Shown: positions 1-10,114 of the stretch, one piece after another | Position numbering within the stretch: position 1 is the first letter of the stretch | Layout of the letters: each line of letters opens with the position of its first letter | NCBI GenBank assembly: GCA_025363155.1 | Contig: JANYEL010000168.1 | Span: forward strand, 13,111 to 77,110 | DNA from: Moraxellaceae bacterium | Lineage (GTDB): Bacteria; Pseudomonadota; Gammaproteobacteria; Pseudomonadales; Moraxellaceae | Direction of reading: 5' to 3' | DNA: 64,000 nucleotides | Notes under the pieces: generated by a model | Seen by the model: the letters and a program-made list of their open reading frames with translations, nothing else | Told to the model about the DNA's origin: nothing | The model's database searches: none | Made by a program: the position numbers and the translations under genes

Positions 1-36
1 TTTTCCAATGCTTTTGCTGTGAAGTCTTCCCAACAT

Positions 37-176
37 CAAGATCAAAAGCAAAATCCCTCCCACGAGAAATATATGTCGAGCCCTTTGCAAAGGGAGGAGC
101 TTTTCTATTTTGGCGAAGCCAAAGTAGTCCCCTCCTTAGAAAAAGGAGGGTTAGGGAGGATTTGCTTTTGATCTTG
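37..176. repeat. Palindromic intergenic repeat element (CAAAAGCAAATCCCTCCC...GGGAGGATTTGCTTTTG family)
   Basis: Terminal arms caagatcaaaagcaaaatccctccc / gggaggatttgcttttgatcttg are inverted, with internal small hairpins; related copies at ~46152-46264 and 61090-61149. Confidence 0.75.
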
Positions 177-313
177 TAGCAATTTCTATCCCGTAGAAGC
201 ACTTTTTAAGGCTATTCAGATTTGTGTAGATACCTATCATTCAGCATTCTTTCAATTTCAACTGTTAACGCATACATAGCTTCACGAAAGCGATGATTTT
301 TGGTAAATAATTA

Positions 314-1342
314 CTAGCTCGCAAGTTCTTTTCGGATGATTTCCGCGCCAGCACTTAACGCATTGAGCTTACCTCTGGCGACTTGCCGAGATAAAGGCGC
401 CATGCCGCAATTGGTCGATGGATAGAGCTTATCGGCATCGACAAACTGAAGTGCTTTGCGTAAGGTATCGGCGACTTCTTCTGGGGTTTCAATGGTATTG
501 GTTGCCACATCAATCGCGCCGACCATCACTTTTTTACCGCGAATCAGTTCAATGAGATCCATGGGTACACGAGAGTTGTGACATTCGAGTGAGATGATGT
601 CGAGCTTCGATTTTTGCAGCTTAGGAAAGGCTTCTTCATATTGACGCCATTCTGATCCCAGCGTCTTTTTCCAATCTGTATTGGCTTTGATGCCATAGCC
701 ATAACAAATATGGACAGCAGTTTCACATTTAAGCCCTTCAAGTGCTCGCTCGAGGGTGGCAACGCCCCAGTCATTCACTTCATCAAAAAACACATTAAAT
801 GCAGGTTCATCAAATTGAATAATATCCACGCCAGCAGCCTCTAATTCGAGGGCTTCTTGATTGAGAATTTTGGCGAATTCCCAAGCGAGTTTTTCACGGC
901 TTTTATAATGATTATCATAAAGCGTATCGATCATCGTCATTGGACCTGGCAGCGCCCATTTAATCGGTTGCTTGGTTTGCTGACGTAAAAACTTAGCGTC
1001 CTCAACAAAAACAGGCTTTTGGCGACTCACCGCACCCACAACGGTCGGAACACTCGCATCATAGCGATTACGAATTCGAACTGTCTCACGTTTTGCAAAA
1101 TCAACGCCATCAAGGTGTTCAATAAACGTGGTGACAAAATGTTGGCGGGTTTGCTCGCCATCACTGACGATACTAATGCCTGCATGTTGTTGTTCTTGCA
1201 ATGACAAACGCAAAGCATCTTGTTTGGCGTCAATGAGTTGTTCACCTTCTAGTTTCCAAGGTGACCACAATGTCTCAGGCTCTGCCAGCCAAGACGGTTT
1301 CGGTAAGCTGCCCGCAGTTGACGTGGGTAATAATATTTTCAT
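314..1342 (-). CDS. mesD: Cobalamin- and folate-independent core methionine synthase (MetE catalytic-domain-only, MesD type)
   Basis: 342 aa; DGEQ, IQFDEP, HICYG and TNCG zinc-ligand motifs; no MetE N-terminal domain; adjacent to a DUF1852 gene. Confidence 0.85.
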   Translation of the reverse strand: MKILLPTSTAGSLPKPSWLAEPETLWSPWKLEGEQLIDAKQDALRLSLQEQQHAGISIVSDGEQTRQHFVTTFIEHLDGVDFAKRETVRIRNRYDASVPTVVGAVSRQKPVFVEDAKFLRQQTKQPIKWALPGPMTMIDTLYDNHYKSREKLAWEFAKILNQEALELEAAGVDIIQFDEPAFNVFFDEVNDWGVATLERALEGLKCETAVHICYGYGIKANTDWKKTLGSEWRQYEEAFPKLQKSKLDIISLECHNSRVPMDLIELIRGKKVMVGAIDVATNTIETPEEVADTLRKALQFVDADKLYPSTNCGMAPLSRQVARGKLNALSAGAEIIRKELAS

Positions 1343-1366
1343 AATCAGTCATCTTCTATATTTAGG

Positions 1367-2368
1367 TTACACAGCAACAGTGTTTTTATCTGAGAAGCTT
1401 TCAGCCCATTGCTCAAGAATATGTTGGTAGGGCTTGATGAAATTTTCCTCAACAAACTTGCCTTGCTCAACCGCCAATCGACCCCGTTCTTCTCGATCGT
1501 AAACAATGCGAGTGAGTGAATAATCTTGCTGATCTAAGCTCGGCTGATAAGATTTTCCTGCCGCAGAATTGGCATTGTAAATCTCAGGACGGTAGATTTT
1601 TTGAAAGGTATCCATCGTGCTGATGGTGCTGATCAGCTCAAGATTGGTGTAATCACTCAGCAAATCACCGCTAAAATAAAATGCCAAAGGGGCGACACTG
1701 TTTGGCGGCATAAAGTAGCGCGCCTTTAAGCCCATTTTTTGGAAATATTCATCGGTCGAAGAAAATTCATTTTGCTGGTATTCAATGCCTAAGACAGGAT
1801 GCTGATTTTCAGTCCGATGATAGATCTTGCTGCTGGAGACGCTGATACAGATCACAGGCGGCTTGTTGAAATTCTCTTTGTAACTGTTTGAATTAACAAA
1901 GCTCTTAAAGAGCTTGCCATGCAACTCGCCAAAATTATCTGGAATGCCAAATTTGGCTTGATGCTTATTATGTTCAGGCAGCACGACGCTAAAATCATAA
2001 TCGCGCACGTAAGAAGAAAAATTATTCCCGACGATGCCGTCAGTACGCTCATTGGTTTTTTGATCAACAATCGTGGTTTTCAATATTTCAATCAAAGGCA
2101 GCGCATGGCCATTGCTTGCAACATCAACCTTCATCTCCACAGAAATGATTTCAAGTTCGACGGTATAACGATCGCCTTTCGGGTTATCCCAATGCGCCAA
2201 GGCATTGAAACGATTGTCAATCATCTTTAGGGTATTGCGCAGGTTCTCTAGACGACTTGCGCCTCTCGCCAAATTCGCAAAGTTGGTTGTGATCCGCGTA
2301 TTGTCTGAAGGGCGATAGTTTTCATCGAAACTCATGCGCTTAATCGAAAACGTAAACTCGTTGCTCAT
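1367..2368 (-). CDS. mesX: DUF1852 family protein (MesX, MesD partner)
   Basis: TRITTNFANLARG, GNNFSSYVRDYDFS and FQKIYRPEIYNANS motifs; directly upstream of the core methionine synthase. Confidence 0.85.
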   Translation of the reverse strand: MSNEFTFSIKRMSFDENYRPSDNTRITTNFANLARGASRLENLRNTLKMIDNRFNALAHWDNPKGDRYTVELEIISVEMKVDVASNGHALPLIEILKTTIVDQKTNERTDGIVGNNFSSYVRDYDFSVVLPEHNKHQAKFGIPDNFGELHGKLFKSFVNSNSYKENFNKPPVICISVSSSKIYHRTENQHPVLGIEYQQNEFSSTDEYFQKMGLKARYFMPPNSVAPLAFYFSGDLLSDYTNLELISTISTMDTFQKIYRPEIYNANSAAGKSYQPSLDQQDYSLTRIVYDREERGRLAVEQGKFVEENFIKPYQHILEQWAESFSDKNTVAV

Positions 2369-2489
2369 GGTGATCTGATACCCTAATTTCTGAGATAAAA
2401 CCTGAATTTATTGCTTGCCCTTGAAGAGCATGGAGTGTTTTATACCTGAACGACCACATGAATAAAAACGATTTAATCTCACAAAAACG

Positions 2490-2550
2490 TGAAAATAATT
2501 CATGATTGAGTGTTTATTGATATTCAGGATTCCAGAATGAATACACTTCA
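2490..2550. promoter_or_regulatory. Two putative MetR boxes (TGAA-N5-TTCA)
   Basis: TGAAaataaTTCA at 2490-2502 and TGAAtacacTTCA at 2538-2550, upstream of mesX-mesD. Confidence 0.55.
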
Positions 2551-2774
2551 CCTTGAGTTGAGTAAATATCAGCATATTTAGGGGCTGCTGAGGTTTAGCT
2601 AAAATTAATCTTTTTGAATATTTCTCGCGCGTTTCAACGAAGCTCAACGAGCTATGCAGTTCTACTTTACGTAGTCGAAGTGTGCCAGAGTATGATTTGA
2701 AATCGTGTTTTCCTGAAAACCTCAACAGACCCTGCACTTTTTGACTCACATAAAAATGCGGGTCAAATGCTATT

Positions 2775-2796
2775 GATGGGCTGAAGCCCATCCTAC
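2775..2796 (-). repeat. GTAG-type REP element (GTAGGATGGGCTTCAGCCCATC)
   Basis: GTAG tetranucleotide followed by GATGGGCT/AGCCCATC stem; near-identical copy at 24560-24581. Confidence 0.7.
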
Positions 2797-2896
2797 TTAT
2801 ACTCAACTATCTTTATTGCCATAAGACTGCTTTAATTCAGTCAATGCATTCATCCATAAAAGTCAACATCATCAGCCGACAATAACCAGAGATTTC

Positions 2897-3124
2897 ATGA
2901 TGCCCAACCCAGCGATAGAACAACTTGCCAATACATTAAAAGTCTCCGTCACAGAATTGGAAGAGCTATCCGCACTCAGTGAAGCGCAGCTTGCGAAGCT
3001 GGATGGTCTCATCACCAACGCCCAACAAAAACAACGACAAACCCTGAACGATGCCATTGAAAACGGCCTGAATTACGTCCCTGCCATTTTACGTGGCACC
3101 GTCAAAAAAATTGTCCGAGGTTAA
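2897..3124 (+). CDS. Small helical hypothetical protein resembling the N-terminus of the downstream protein
   Basis: 75-aa ORF 11 bp upstream of the 389-aa gene; amphipathic helical pattern. Confidence 0.7.
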   Translation: MMPNPAIEQLANTLKVSVTELEELSALSEAQLAKLDGLITNAQQKQRQTLNDAIENGLNYVPAILRGTVKKIVRG

Positions 3125-3135
3125 GGTTCAATATC

Positions 3136-4305
3136 ATGAGTAAATTAGATACCAGCGCCGAATTAGTAAAACTCGGTCAATTATTGGGAATCCCCAGCAC
3201 CGAATTAAATTTTTTAGAAGGCTTGCCACTGCCAGCACTGATCAAAGTACGTGCCCTGACCACTGACAAACTCTTTAACGATGGTCGCAAGCTTTTCCAA
3301 AAATTAGCCTCCGCCGCTAAATTATTGCCTGCTGGCGTCACCGCCACGATTGGAGAAAAGATTTTTGGCGCGATGTTGTGCGCGCGTATTGCCAGCGAAA
3401 TGCCTTATCAACGTGCGGTTGAATTGGCCGACAAAATGACCATTCCTTTTTTGGCAAACGTCACGCTCGAACTCGATCCTCGTCGTGTAAAAGACATTAT
3501 CCAGAATATGCCCATCGCTCGGCTGCGTGCGGTGGCGACCGAATTACTCGCGCAGAAGCACTACATCGTCATGGGTGGTTTTGTCGGGTTTATGCTGCCC
3601 GCGCAGTTAAAAGTCATCTTGCAAGATGTCTCAACCGAAGAAGCGTTACTGCATATTGGTTTTTTTATTGAGAACAAACATCAGCTGAGTGACATTATCC
3701 GTTTATTGCCCACTGAGCGGCTGCACAAGCTGATTGGCTATTTGCAAATGCATGACGAACTCTGGCCAGAAGCACTGACACTGATGCTCCATGTGGAAGA
3801 TGAGTTAAAGCGCAAATTGGGCGATATTGCTGCCGAACTGGGTGGCACCGTGCTGGATGATTTGGTGGGCACTGTGCAGCGGCTAGATTTATGGCCAGAC
3901 GCATTACCTTTATTTGCCTGTATGTCTGCGGCGACACAATTCAAGCTGATTAATACGCCCCTGTTATCCGATGTGACGCCTTTGACCAGCGTGCTGGTGA
4001 ATACTGACCGTTTTTCATTATGGGCAACTTTGCTGCCGTTAATTGAATATATGTCGATCACGCAACGCCAACGACTGACGAACATTGTGGTCGAACAGAG
4101 TGCCGATTTCCAGCAGCGGATGATTGCAGCGGTAGTGCAGCACCAGTTGTGGCGACCTGCTTTGGATGTGGTGGCGTTGATGCCTGAAGCGGCACAACAA
4201 CACTTTGCAGGGTATTTTAAGCCATTGTTGGCGGCAAAGCCTGAACAGTTGACGGCTTGGAAGCCTTTAGTGGAGGAGCGGAAGTTGGGGCATTTGTTTG
4301 CTTAG
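3136..4305 (+). CDS. Hypothetical all-helical protein with four 43-aa LW repeats
   Basis: 389-aa ORF; LWxxxLxL motif recurs every 43 residues in the C-terminal half. Confidence 0.8.
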   Translation: MSKLDTSAELVKLGQLLGIPSTELNFLEGLPLPALIKVRALTTDKLFNDGRKLFQKLASAAKLLPAGVTATIGEKIFGAMLCARIASEMPYQRAVELADKMTIPFLANVTLELDPRRVKDIIQNMPIARLRAVATELLAQKHYIVMGGFVGFMLPAQLKVILQDVSTEEALLHIGFFIENKHQLSDIIRLLPTERLHKLIGYLQMHDELWPEALTLMLHVEDELKRKLGDIAAELGGTVLDDLVGTVQRLDLWPDALPLFACMSAATQFKLINTPLLSDVTPLTSVLVNTDRFSLWATLLPLIEYMSITQRQRLTNIVVEQSADFQQRMIAAVVQHQLWRPALDVVALMPEAAQQHFAGYFKPLLAAKPEQLTAWKPLVEERKLGHLFA

Positions 4306-4397
4306 CGAACAATGGTGCTTTTCTATTTAACGGATTTTGATGCACCCATGAGCGCCATGATCCGTCATACCGCACAGCAGTGACCATATTATCACTC

Positions 4398-5450
4398 TTA
4401 ATAATGACGCTGCTGGCGGCACTGACTCGGCGTCTGACCTGTCCATTTTTTAAAAGCACGGGTAAAGTTAGTCGGCTCCAAATAGCCGAGAAAACTACTA
4501 ATTTTCTGGATATCCATCTCTGTTGTCATTAACAACTTCTCCGCCTCGTTCTGGCGCACCTCATCCAATAGCACGATATATGTCGTATTGAAAGTTTGCA
4601 GATGCCGTTTAAGAGTCCTCCCTGAAATATTAAGTTTGGCAGCCACCGCATCCAAACTGGGATAACCCATTTCTGGGGTTAAAATTAACTCGGCTTTTAC
4701 CCGAGCAATTAGGTCATTCGGCGTATCCGCATGTCGAATCTGCTCTTGTTCACACTGTACCATCGCCTGCTGATGTGCCATTGGATCAGCCAACACTAAA
4801 GGGGATTGTATATTTGCTGATGGTATTCGGACTTGGTTTGAGGATTGATTGAAGCGAATCGACGGTAAGCGATCACGGTAACGCGCATGATAGGCAGGCT
4901 CAGACCAATCCACCCTAAGCTCTACATCCGAGAAATCACGTCCCGTCAAAAAACGTCCCGCATAGACAATGCCCAACATCACACATTCATGAAAAAAACG
5001 ACGTAGCATCAGTGCCTGTTCTGGCGCTGCGCCAATCACTGGATGAGTCTCCATGATCTCAATGAGCGTAATTTCTCCTTCAGTGCGCATTTCGATACGG
5101 TAGTCGCGTAAACGCATACTGAAGAAAGCCGCGCCGAGCTCCAGCGCCTGACCAATCGTCGCACAACTCATGAGCGCAAAGCCAAGAACGCCATGCGCAG
5201 TCGGGCGAAGGCGCAAGCCATATTCATAGCCTAGACCTTCATCACCTGTTAACTGCAAGGCACTCCAAACCAATCGAGACCATTGCCGTGGAGTAACTCT
5301 CCCCTCTGCAGCCGTTAAGGGTATCTTCGATAGCCGACTTTCCGCGAGTAGTTGCTCGGCAGAAATACCGCGTTCGACAACAATCTCGATGAGAAGCTGG
5401 GCATAAGCATTCGGAATCGTGGCTTTAGATAATCCATATGGATCTTTCAT
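4398..5450 (-). CDS. AraC-family transcriptional regulator (OruR/VirS-like N-terminal domain)
   Basis: C-terminal HTH SLDAVAAKLNISGRTLKRHL...LGYLEPTNFTRAFKKWTG; HGVLGFALMS N-terminal motif; likely start MKDPY (ORF extends to 5498). Confidence 0.9.
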   Translation of the reverse strand: MKDPYGLSKATIPNAYAQLLIEIVVERGISAEQLLAESRLSKIPLTAAEGRVTPRQWSRLVWSALQLTGDEGLGYEYGLRLRPTAHGVLGFALMSCATIGQALELGAAFFSMRLRDYRIEMRTEGEITLIEIMETHPVIGAAPEQALMLRRFFHECVMLGIVYAGRFLTGRDFSDVELRVDWSEPAYHARYRDRLPSIRFNQSSNQVRIPSANIQSPLVLADPMAHQQAMVQCEQEQIRHADTPNDLIARVKAELILTPEMGYPSLDAVAAKLNISGRTLKRHLQTFNTTYIVLLDEVRQNEAEKLLMTTEMDIQKISSFLGYLEPTNFTRAFKKWTGQTPSQCRQQRHY

Positions 5451-5560
5451 GGTCAGTCTCAATGACCCAAAATGATCAGTAGTATGGCTCAGCTTCATCT
5501 CACGCTCAAGTTGAATTCACCCGATAATTGGGATGTCTTCAAACAATTTGAGTATGAGTT

Positions 5561-6361
5561 ATGAGTCTTCCCCACCCTACAAGACAATCTCGAGCAGTAA
5601 TTACTGGTGCCTCGTCAGGTATCGGTGAGGAACTCGCGCGCCAACTGGCAGCATCAGGTCATTCGCTGATTCTCGTCGCACGCCGAGTCGACAAACTTGA
5701 AGCGCTAGCGACCGAGTTACGCCAAAAGCATCAGGTCACGGTTGACTTAAAACCTTGTGACTTGGCAGATCGCGATGCACGTCGTTTATTGAATCAGGAG
5801 CTCGCGCAACAAGAGATTTCGATTCTGTGTAATAACGCAGGCTTTGCAACCTTTGGTTGTCTGCAAGACCTTGATCCAGATCGTGAGCGCGAACAACTCG
5901 AACTGAATGCGGTTGCAGTACAGGACTTAACCATCGCGCTGTTGCCACAAATGATTCAGCGCAAATCAGGCGCAATCCTGATTGTTGGCTCAACTTCGGG
6001 TCATCAGCCGACCCCTGCCAATGCCACTTATGCGGCCAGTAAAGCTTTTGCCAATTCTTTTGCTGAAGCACTACACAGTGAGCTACGCGGCACAGGTGTG
6101 ACGTGTACATTACTGGCACCGGGGCCAACTCGCACAGGCTTTACCGAAGTTGCAGGGATTACCAAGATTGATGGTATGGGTGGCAATGCCGCTTGGATTA
6201 GTGCTGAACGTGTGGCACGTGAAGCGATCAATGGCATGAATCGCAACCGCCGCATTGTCATCCCTGGACTGCTTGCCCAAGCACAAACCATCGGCGGTCG
6301 TTATACGCCGCGTGCCGTCTTATTGCCGATTCTCAAACAAGTCTTTTCGAGGTTGACCTAA
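5561..6361 (+). CDS. Short-chain dehydrogenase/reductase (DltE/CmrA-like)
   Basis: TGASSGIG, NNAG and YAASK motifs. Confidence 0.9.
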   Translation: MSLPHPTRQSRAVITGASSGIGEELARQLAASGHSLILVARRVDKLEALATELRQKHQVTVDLKPCDLADRDARRLLNQELAQQEISILCNNAGFATFGCLQDLDPDREREQLELNAVAVQDLTIALLPQMIQRKSGAILIVGSTSGHQPTPANATYAASKAFANSFAEALHSELRGTGVTCTLLAPGPTRTGFTEVAGITKIDGMGGNAAWISAERVAREAINGMNRNRRIVIPGLLAQAQTIGGRYTPRAVLLPILKQVFSRLT

Positions 6362-7122
6362 TGTTTAACCCCATATCTAAACAGTTACGTGATGATCTGA
6401 GAACCCCGCTAAGACTAGCCAATCTAGGTGGCAAGCTTTACCACAATGCGCAATATCTGACGGCAGTGGTTGAAGTTGATGAGAAAGCGATGGCGAAATG
6501 GCTACCTCGTGGAATGACATTGGCTAAACCTCATCGCGCCGATCTGTTTTGTGCTTATTTTCCTGAAAATGTCTACACAGACGCGTATCACGAGGCAGGG
6601 TTATTTGTCCATGTCAAAATCGGACGCAAGTACGGCATCTTCTGTCCGTGGATGATTCTGGATGATGATCGCGCCATGATTCTGGGTCGCGAAATGCTCG
6701 GTTATCCAAAAAAAATGGGCGAAATCAGTTGGAACAATACAGGCGAACGCATCCTGACTAAGGCTACGCGTCGTGGTCATACGCTGATTGAAATGGATGC
6801 CAAACTCGGTGAAGTGATGACTGATGCACCGCCTATTCTCGGCTTACCACATCGGAACATCACGGGTGGGATTGGTTTAAGTCTGCCGCGTGAAATTCGC
6901 TTTACCCCGAAAGAACATCCCATTGAAGTGCGTCGTGTCGAGATGCAATTACATTTCAATGGCACGACCCATGATCCTCTGCATGAAATGGGTTTAGGAC
7001 AAGTCACTGAAGCAAGATTGCATCGTGTTGATCTTTCAAGTGGTTTGATACCACCAATTCATATCCCGCGACTGTCTAATCCATTATTTTTAATTCGTCA
7101 GTTTAATCCACGAGTCCTTTGA
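6361..7122 (+). CDS. Acetoacetate decarboxylase-like superfamily protein
   Basis: YHEAGL and GREMLGYPKK Schiff-base lysine motif; start overlaps the SDR stop. Confidence 0.85.
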   Translation: MFNPISKQLRDDLRTPLRLANLGGKLYHNAQYLTAVVEVDEKAMAKWLPRGMTLAKPHRADLFCAYFPENVYTDAYHEAGLFVHVKIGRKYGIFCPWMILDDDRAMILGREMLGYPKKMGEISWNNTGERILTKATRRGHTLIEMDAKLGEVMTDAPPILGLPHRNITGGIGLSLPREIRFTPKEHPIEVRRVEMQLHFNGTTHDPLHEMGLGQVTEARLHRVDLSSGLIPPIHIPRLSNPLFLIRQFNPRVL

Positions 7123-8375
7123 TCATGAACAAATCTCTCCAATTTGAACATCCAGTCGAAAACTTGACTTCCCCACTACAACAGTCATTCACCTTGCCAT
7201 GTGGTCTCACCATTCCGAATCGCATCGCTAAAGCAGGCATGAGTGAACAACTTGGAGATCGCCATGGTTCACCGACCGTAGAGCTGGAACAGCTTTATGC
7301 GGCATGGGCGCGCGGTGGTGCGGGTCTATTCATCACGGGCAATGTCATGGTGGATCATCATTACTTTGTCGAACCTCGCAATGCAGTGCTGGAAAGTGAC
7401 CGCTTTTTAGCAGCCTATAAACTCTGGGCAAAAGCAGTCCATGCGCATGGAGGAAAAATCATTATGCAGATCAACCACCCCGGCCGTGTCGCGGTGCTGC
7501 CTTTACTAAAACGACCCGTTGCACCATCTGCGGTTGGACTTGATCTGCCTGCGATGAACATCATTCGTGTACCTCGCGCAATGACCGAAGCTGAAATTCT
7601 GGAGCAAATCCAGCGTTTCGCAACTACAGCAGCACTGGCAGTACAAGCTGGATTTGATGGCGTACAAGTTCATGCTGCGCATGGCTATCTGATTTCTCAG
7701 TTTCTATCTCCGCTGGCAAATATCCGTACCGATGGTTGGGGCGGCAGCCCTGAGAAACGACGCCGACTCTTGATTGAGACTGTCCGCGCAGTGCGTCAAG
7801 CTATTGGTCCGAATAAAGCCCTGAGCGTTAAGCTCAATTCTGCTGACTTCCAAAAAGGCGGTCTCAGCCAGCAAGAATCTATGGATATCGCTTTGGCACT
7901 TGAAGCAGAAGGTATTGATCTGCTTGAAATCTCTGGCGGAAATTACGAGTCGCCAGCCCAATTAGGCTATACGCCAGGCAAACAAACCGAACGCGATGCC
8001 TATTTCCTCGACTATGCAGAACAACTGCGTCGTCAAAGCAAGATGCCACTGATGTTGACGGGTGGCCTGCGTAAAGTCGATGTCATGAATCGTATTGTGA
8101 GTGACGGTGTAGTGGATTTGGTCGGTATGGCACGCCCCTTTGCGATGCAGCCAAACCTTGCCAAACAGCTGTTTGCAGGTCAATCTGTGAATGAACCACC
8201 GCAGATTCCAGCGATTGGTTACAAGCCTGTCGATGCCTACTTGCAATTGGCTTGGCATGCCGCACAATTCCGTCGAATCAGCAGTGGACGTGATCCAAAG
8301 CCTTTGGGCGGATTGATCCGTACCGTGTTGGCATTTGGTCCGCGCATGGGCTTTAACATCCTCACTCAACATTGA
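7119..8375 (+). CDS. NADH:flavin oxidoreductase (Old Yellow Enzyme family)
   Basis: NRIAKAGMSE, QINHPGR, GFDGVQVHAAHGYLISQFLSP motifs. Confidence 0.92.
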   Translation: MIMNKSLQFEHPVENLTSPLQQSFTLPCGLTIPNRIAKAGMSEQLGDRHGSPTVELEQLYAAWARGGAGLFITGNVMVDHHYFVEPRNAVLESDRFLAAYKLWAKAVHAHGGKIIMQINHPGRVAVLPLLKRPVAPSAVGLDLPAMNIIRVPRAMTEAEILEQIQRFATTAALAVQAGFDGVQVHAAHGYLISQFLSPLANIRTDGWGGSPEKRRRLLIETVRAVRQAIGPNKALSVKLNSADFQKGGLSQQESMDIALALEAEGIDLLEISGGNYESPAQLGYTPGKQTERDAYFLDYAEQLRRQSKMPLMLTGGLRKVDVMNRIVSDGVVDLVGMARPFAMQPNLAKQLFAGQSVNEPPQIPAIGYKPVDAYLQLAWHAAQFRRISSGRDPKPLGGLIRTVLAFGPRMGFNILTQH

Positions 8376-8402
8376 GTGGGGGATTAAAAGTTGGAGAGCA
8401 TC

Positions 8403-9296
8403 ATGAGTACGCTGATGACCACGCAAATTAAATTGCAACACACGATTATCCCACGTCGTCCGCACTTTGATTTTGGACAGACGCCTACTCACTGGATTGC
8501 GGATGATCCCATCGTCACGCATATCCTCAATGTCCTCAATCCAATCACCCCAGCACCTGAGCGCTGGTTTTGTCAGACCTTCCGTGATGCACTGCCATTG
8601 ATTCAAGATGAGCAACTACGCACCGCTGCAATTGCCTTTATTAAACAAGAGGGTGCCCATAGCTATGGGCATACCGTAGGCAATCGGCGTATTGAAGCGC
8701 TCGGCATTGACCTATCGTCTTATATGGATTTATTGGATTGGATATTTGGTCGGATACTGGGAACAGATCCATTCGGTCGCAAACTTACAAATCCACGCAC
8801 ACAATTAGTTTGGCTTAAAACACGCTTGGCGATGGTTGCAGCGGCGGAGCATTTGACAGGGGTTCTTGGTCATTGGGTGCTCAATGCGACAACTCTAGAA
8901 GAAACGCCGATAGATGCTGAAATGTTGAAACTATACCAATGGCACGGTGCAGAAGAAGTCGAACATCGGGAAGTTGCGGATGCAATGTTCCGTTATGTCA
9001 GCGGTAATATCCCACTACGCACTCTAGCTGCAATCGTGGTATTTCCACTCTTTGGGTTATTGGCTTATGGCGGTGTGCATTATCTGGTGAACAAAGATCC
9101 GAATTTACCTTATCGTTTTAGAATACGACACTACCTGCGCGCTGCACGTCAAAATCGTGTACCCAAACCCAGCGATTTGCTACGTGCTGGACTGAGATAT
9201 TTTGCGCCTAATCATAGCCCACTCAACGAAGGATCCACAGAGCAGGCGCTTGCTTATCTAGCGAATATGCCTAACTCTAGCATGACTACAACGTGA
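8403..9296 (+). CDS. 'Metal-dependent hydrolase' (PF10118-like, ferritin-like ExxH protein), paralog 1
   Basis: PERWF, QEGAH, AEHLT and WHGAEEVEHR motifs; ORF could start at TTG 8391. Confidence 0.85.
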   Translation: MSTLMTTQIKLQHTIIPRRPHFDFGQTPTHWIADDPIVTHILNVLNPITPAPERWFCQTFRDALPLIQDEQLRTAAIAFIKQEGAHSYGHTVGNRRIEALGIDLSSYMDLLDWIFGRILGTDPFGRKLTNPRTQLVWLKTRLAMVAAAEHLTGVLGHWVLNATTLEETPIDAEMLKLYQWHGAEEVEHREVADAMFRYVSGNIPLRTLAAIVVFPLFGLLAYGGVHYLVNKDPNLPYRFRIRHYLRAARQNRVPKPSDLLRAGLRYFAPNHSPLNEGSTEQALAYLANMPNSSMTTT

Positions 9297-9484
9297 CAAT
9301 GCGCAAAACTCTGGTTGCTTAGATTCCACACTTAATCATATCTCTTCGCCAGCCACGCAACCGTCTGAGCCTAAATCGACTCAGGCGTTTTGCTGCTAGG
9401 ATTAACGTATCATCAGAAGATTTTATCGCCCAACATCAACGAAAGTTAATCATAAATTTCGTGAACTATAGACCTAACCCAAAA

Positions 9485-10114
9485 CTAATCAAGCTGCTCC
9501 AACTCTTTCAATAAACGATCTAAAAACAATGCTTTCACCTCTGGCAGCACATGCGAAGCTGGATAGCAGGTTACGATTTTAAAGTGATCCACGCCAGCGG
9601 ATTGTGGGTAGCCAATATTCTCAAGATAAGTCGCCTTCGACTCAGCACGCGCCAGATTCGCAAATGGGAGTAAGTCCGTTCCGAGCACATCTTTAGCCGC
9701 ATAATAATTCAAATAACGCTTAATTCCTGCTGGAATACGGCGCATATTGAAGCCCCATTGTGGGAAATAAAATCGCCCTAACCCGCCCGCCGCCAGTGAG
9801 ACCACGAGATCAGTCTCGATACCGCGCTGCGACAGGAGCTTCGCAACCTTAAGCACCTGACTGCCGCCCTGACTATAACCGACCAATACAATCGGTCGCC
9901 CCGCGCGTGCCGCGACCGCCAGATCATCGGCAATCCGCGCAGGACTGCAATGATTGCTATACAACGACGTATCCGCATAGCCCGCCGCACGCAGGAAAGA
10001 CAGCAGATGCCGCTCCATATGCTTGCCTGCCAGTAAGCCGTGAATGAGTGCAACGCGTGGGCCTGTGGATGTGACAGGGAGATTGGCGTGCCAAGGGATA
10101 GATGGTTTAGGCAT
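9485..10114 (-). CDS. Small alpha/beta hydrolase (GYSQG), copy A
   Basis: IHGL oxyanion motif, GYSQG nucleophile elbow, VDHF; close paralog at 13331-13972. Confidence 0.8.
   Translation of the reverse strand: MPKPSIPWHANLPVTSTGPRVALIHGLLAGKHMERHLLSFLRAAGYADTSLYSNHCSPARIADDLAVAARAGRPIVLVGYSQGGSQVLKVAKLLSQRGIETDLVVSLAAGGLGRFYFPQWGFNMRRIPAGIKRYLNYYAAKDVLGTDLLPFANLARAESKATYLENIGYPQSAGVDHFKIVTCYPASHVLPEVKALFLDRLLKELEQLD

Noticed and set aside
2408-2806. 132-aa minus-strand ORF with a TruA-like SGKHDFKSY stretch
   Set aside because: No other TruA motifs; it runs through a REP and the MetR boxes, so it is probably spurious
7962-8615. 217-aa antisense ORF, representative of many shadow ORFs in the track
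   Set aside because: Lies opposite well-supported genes and has no recognisable motifs
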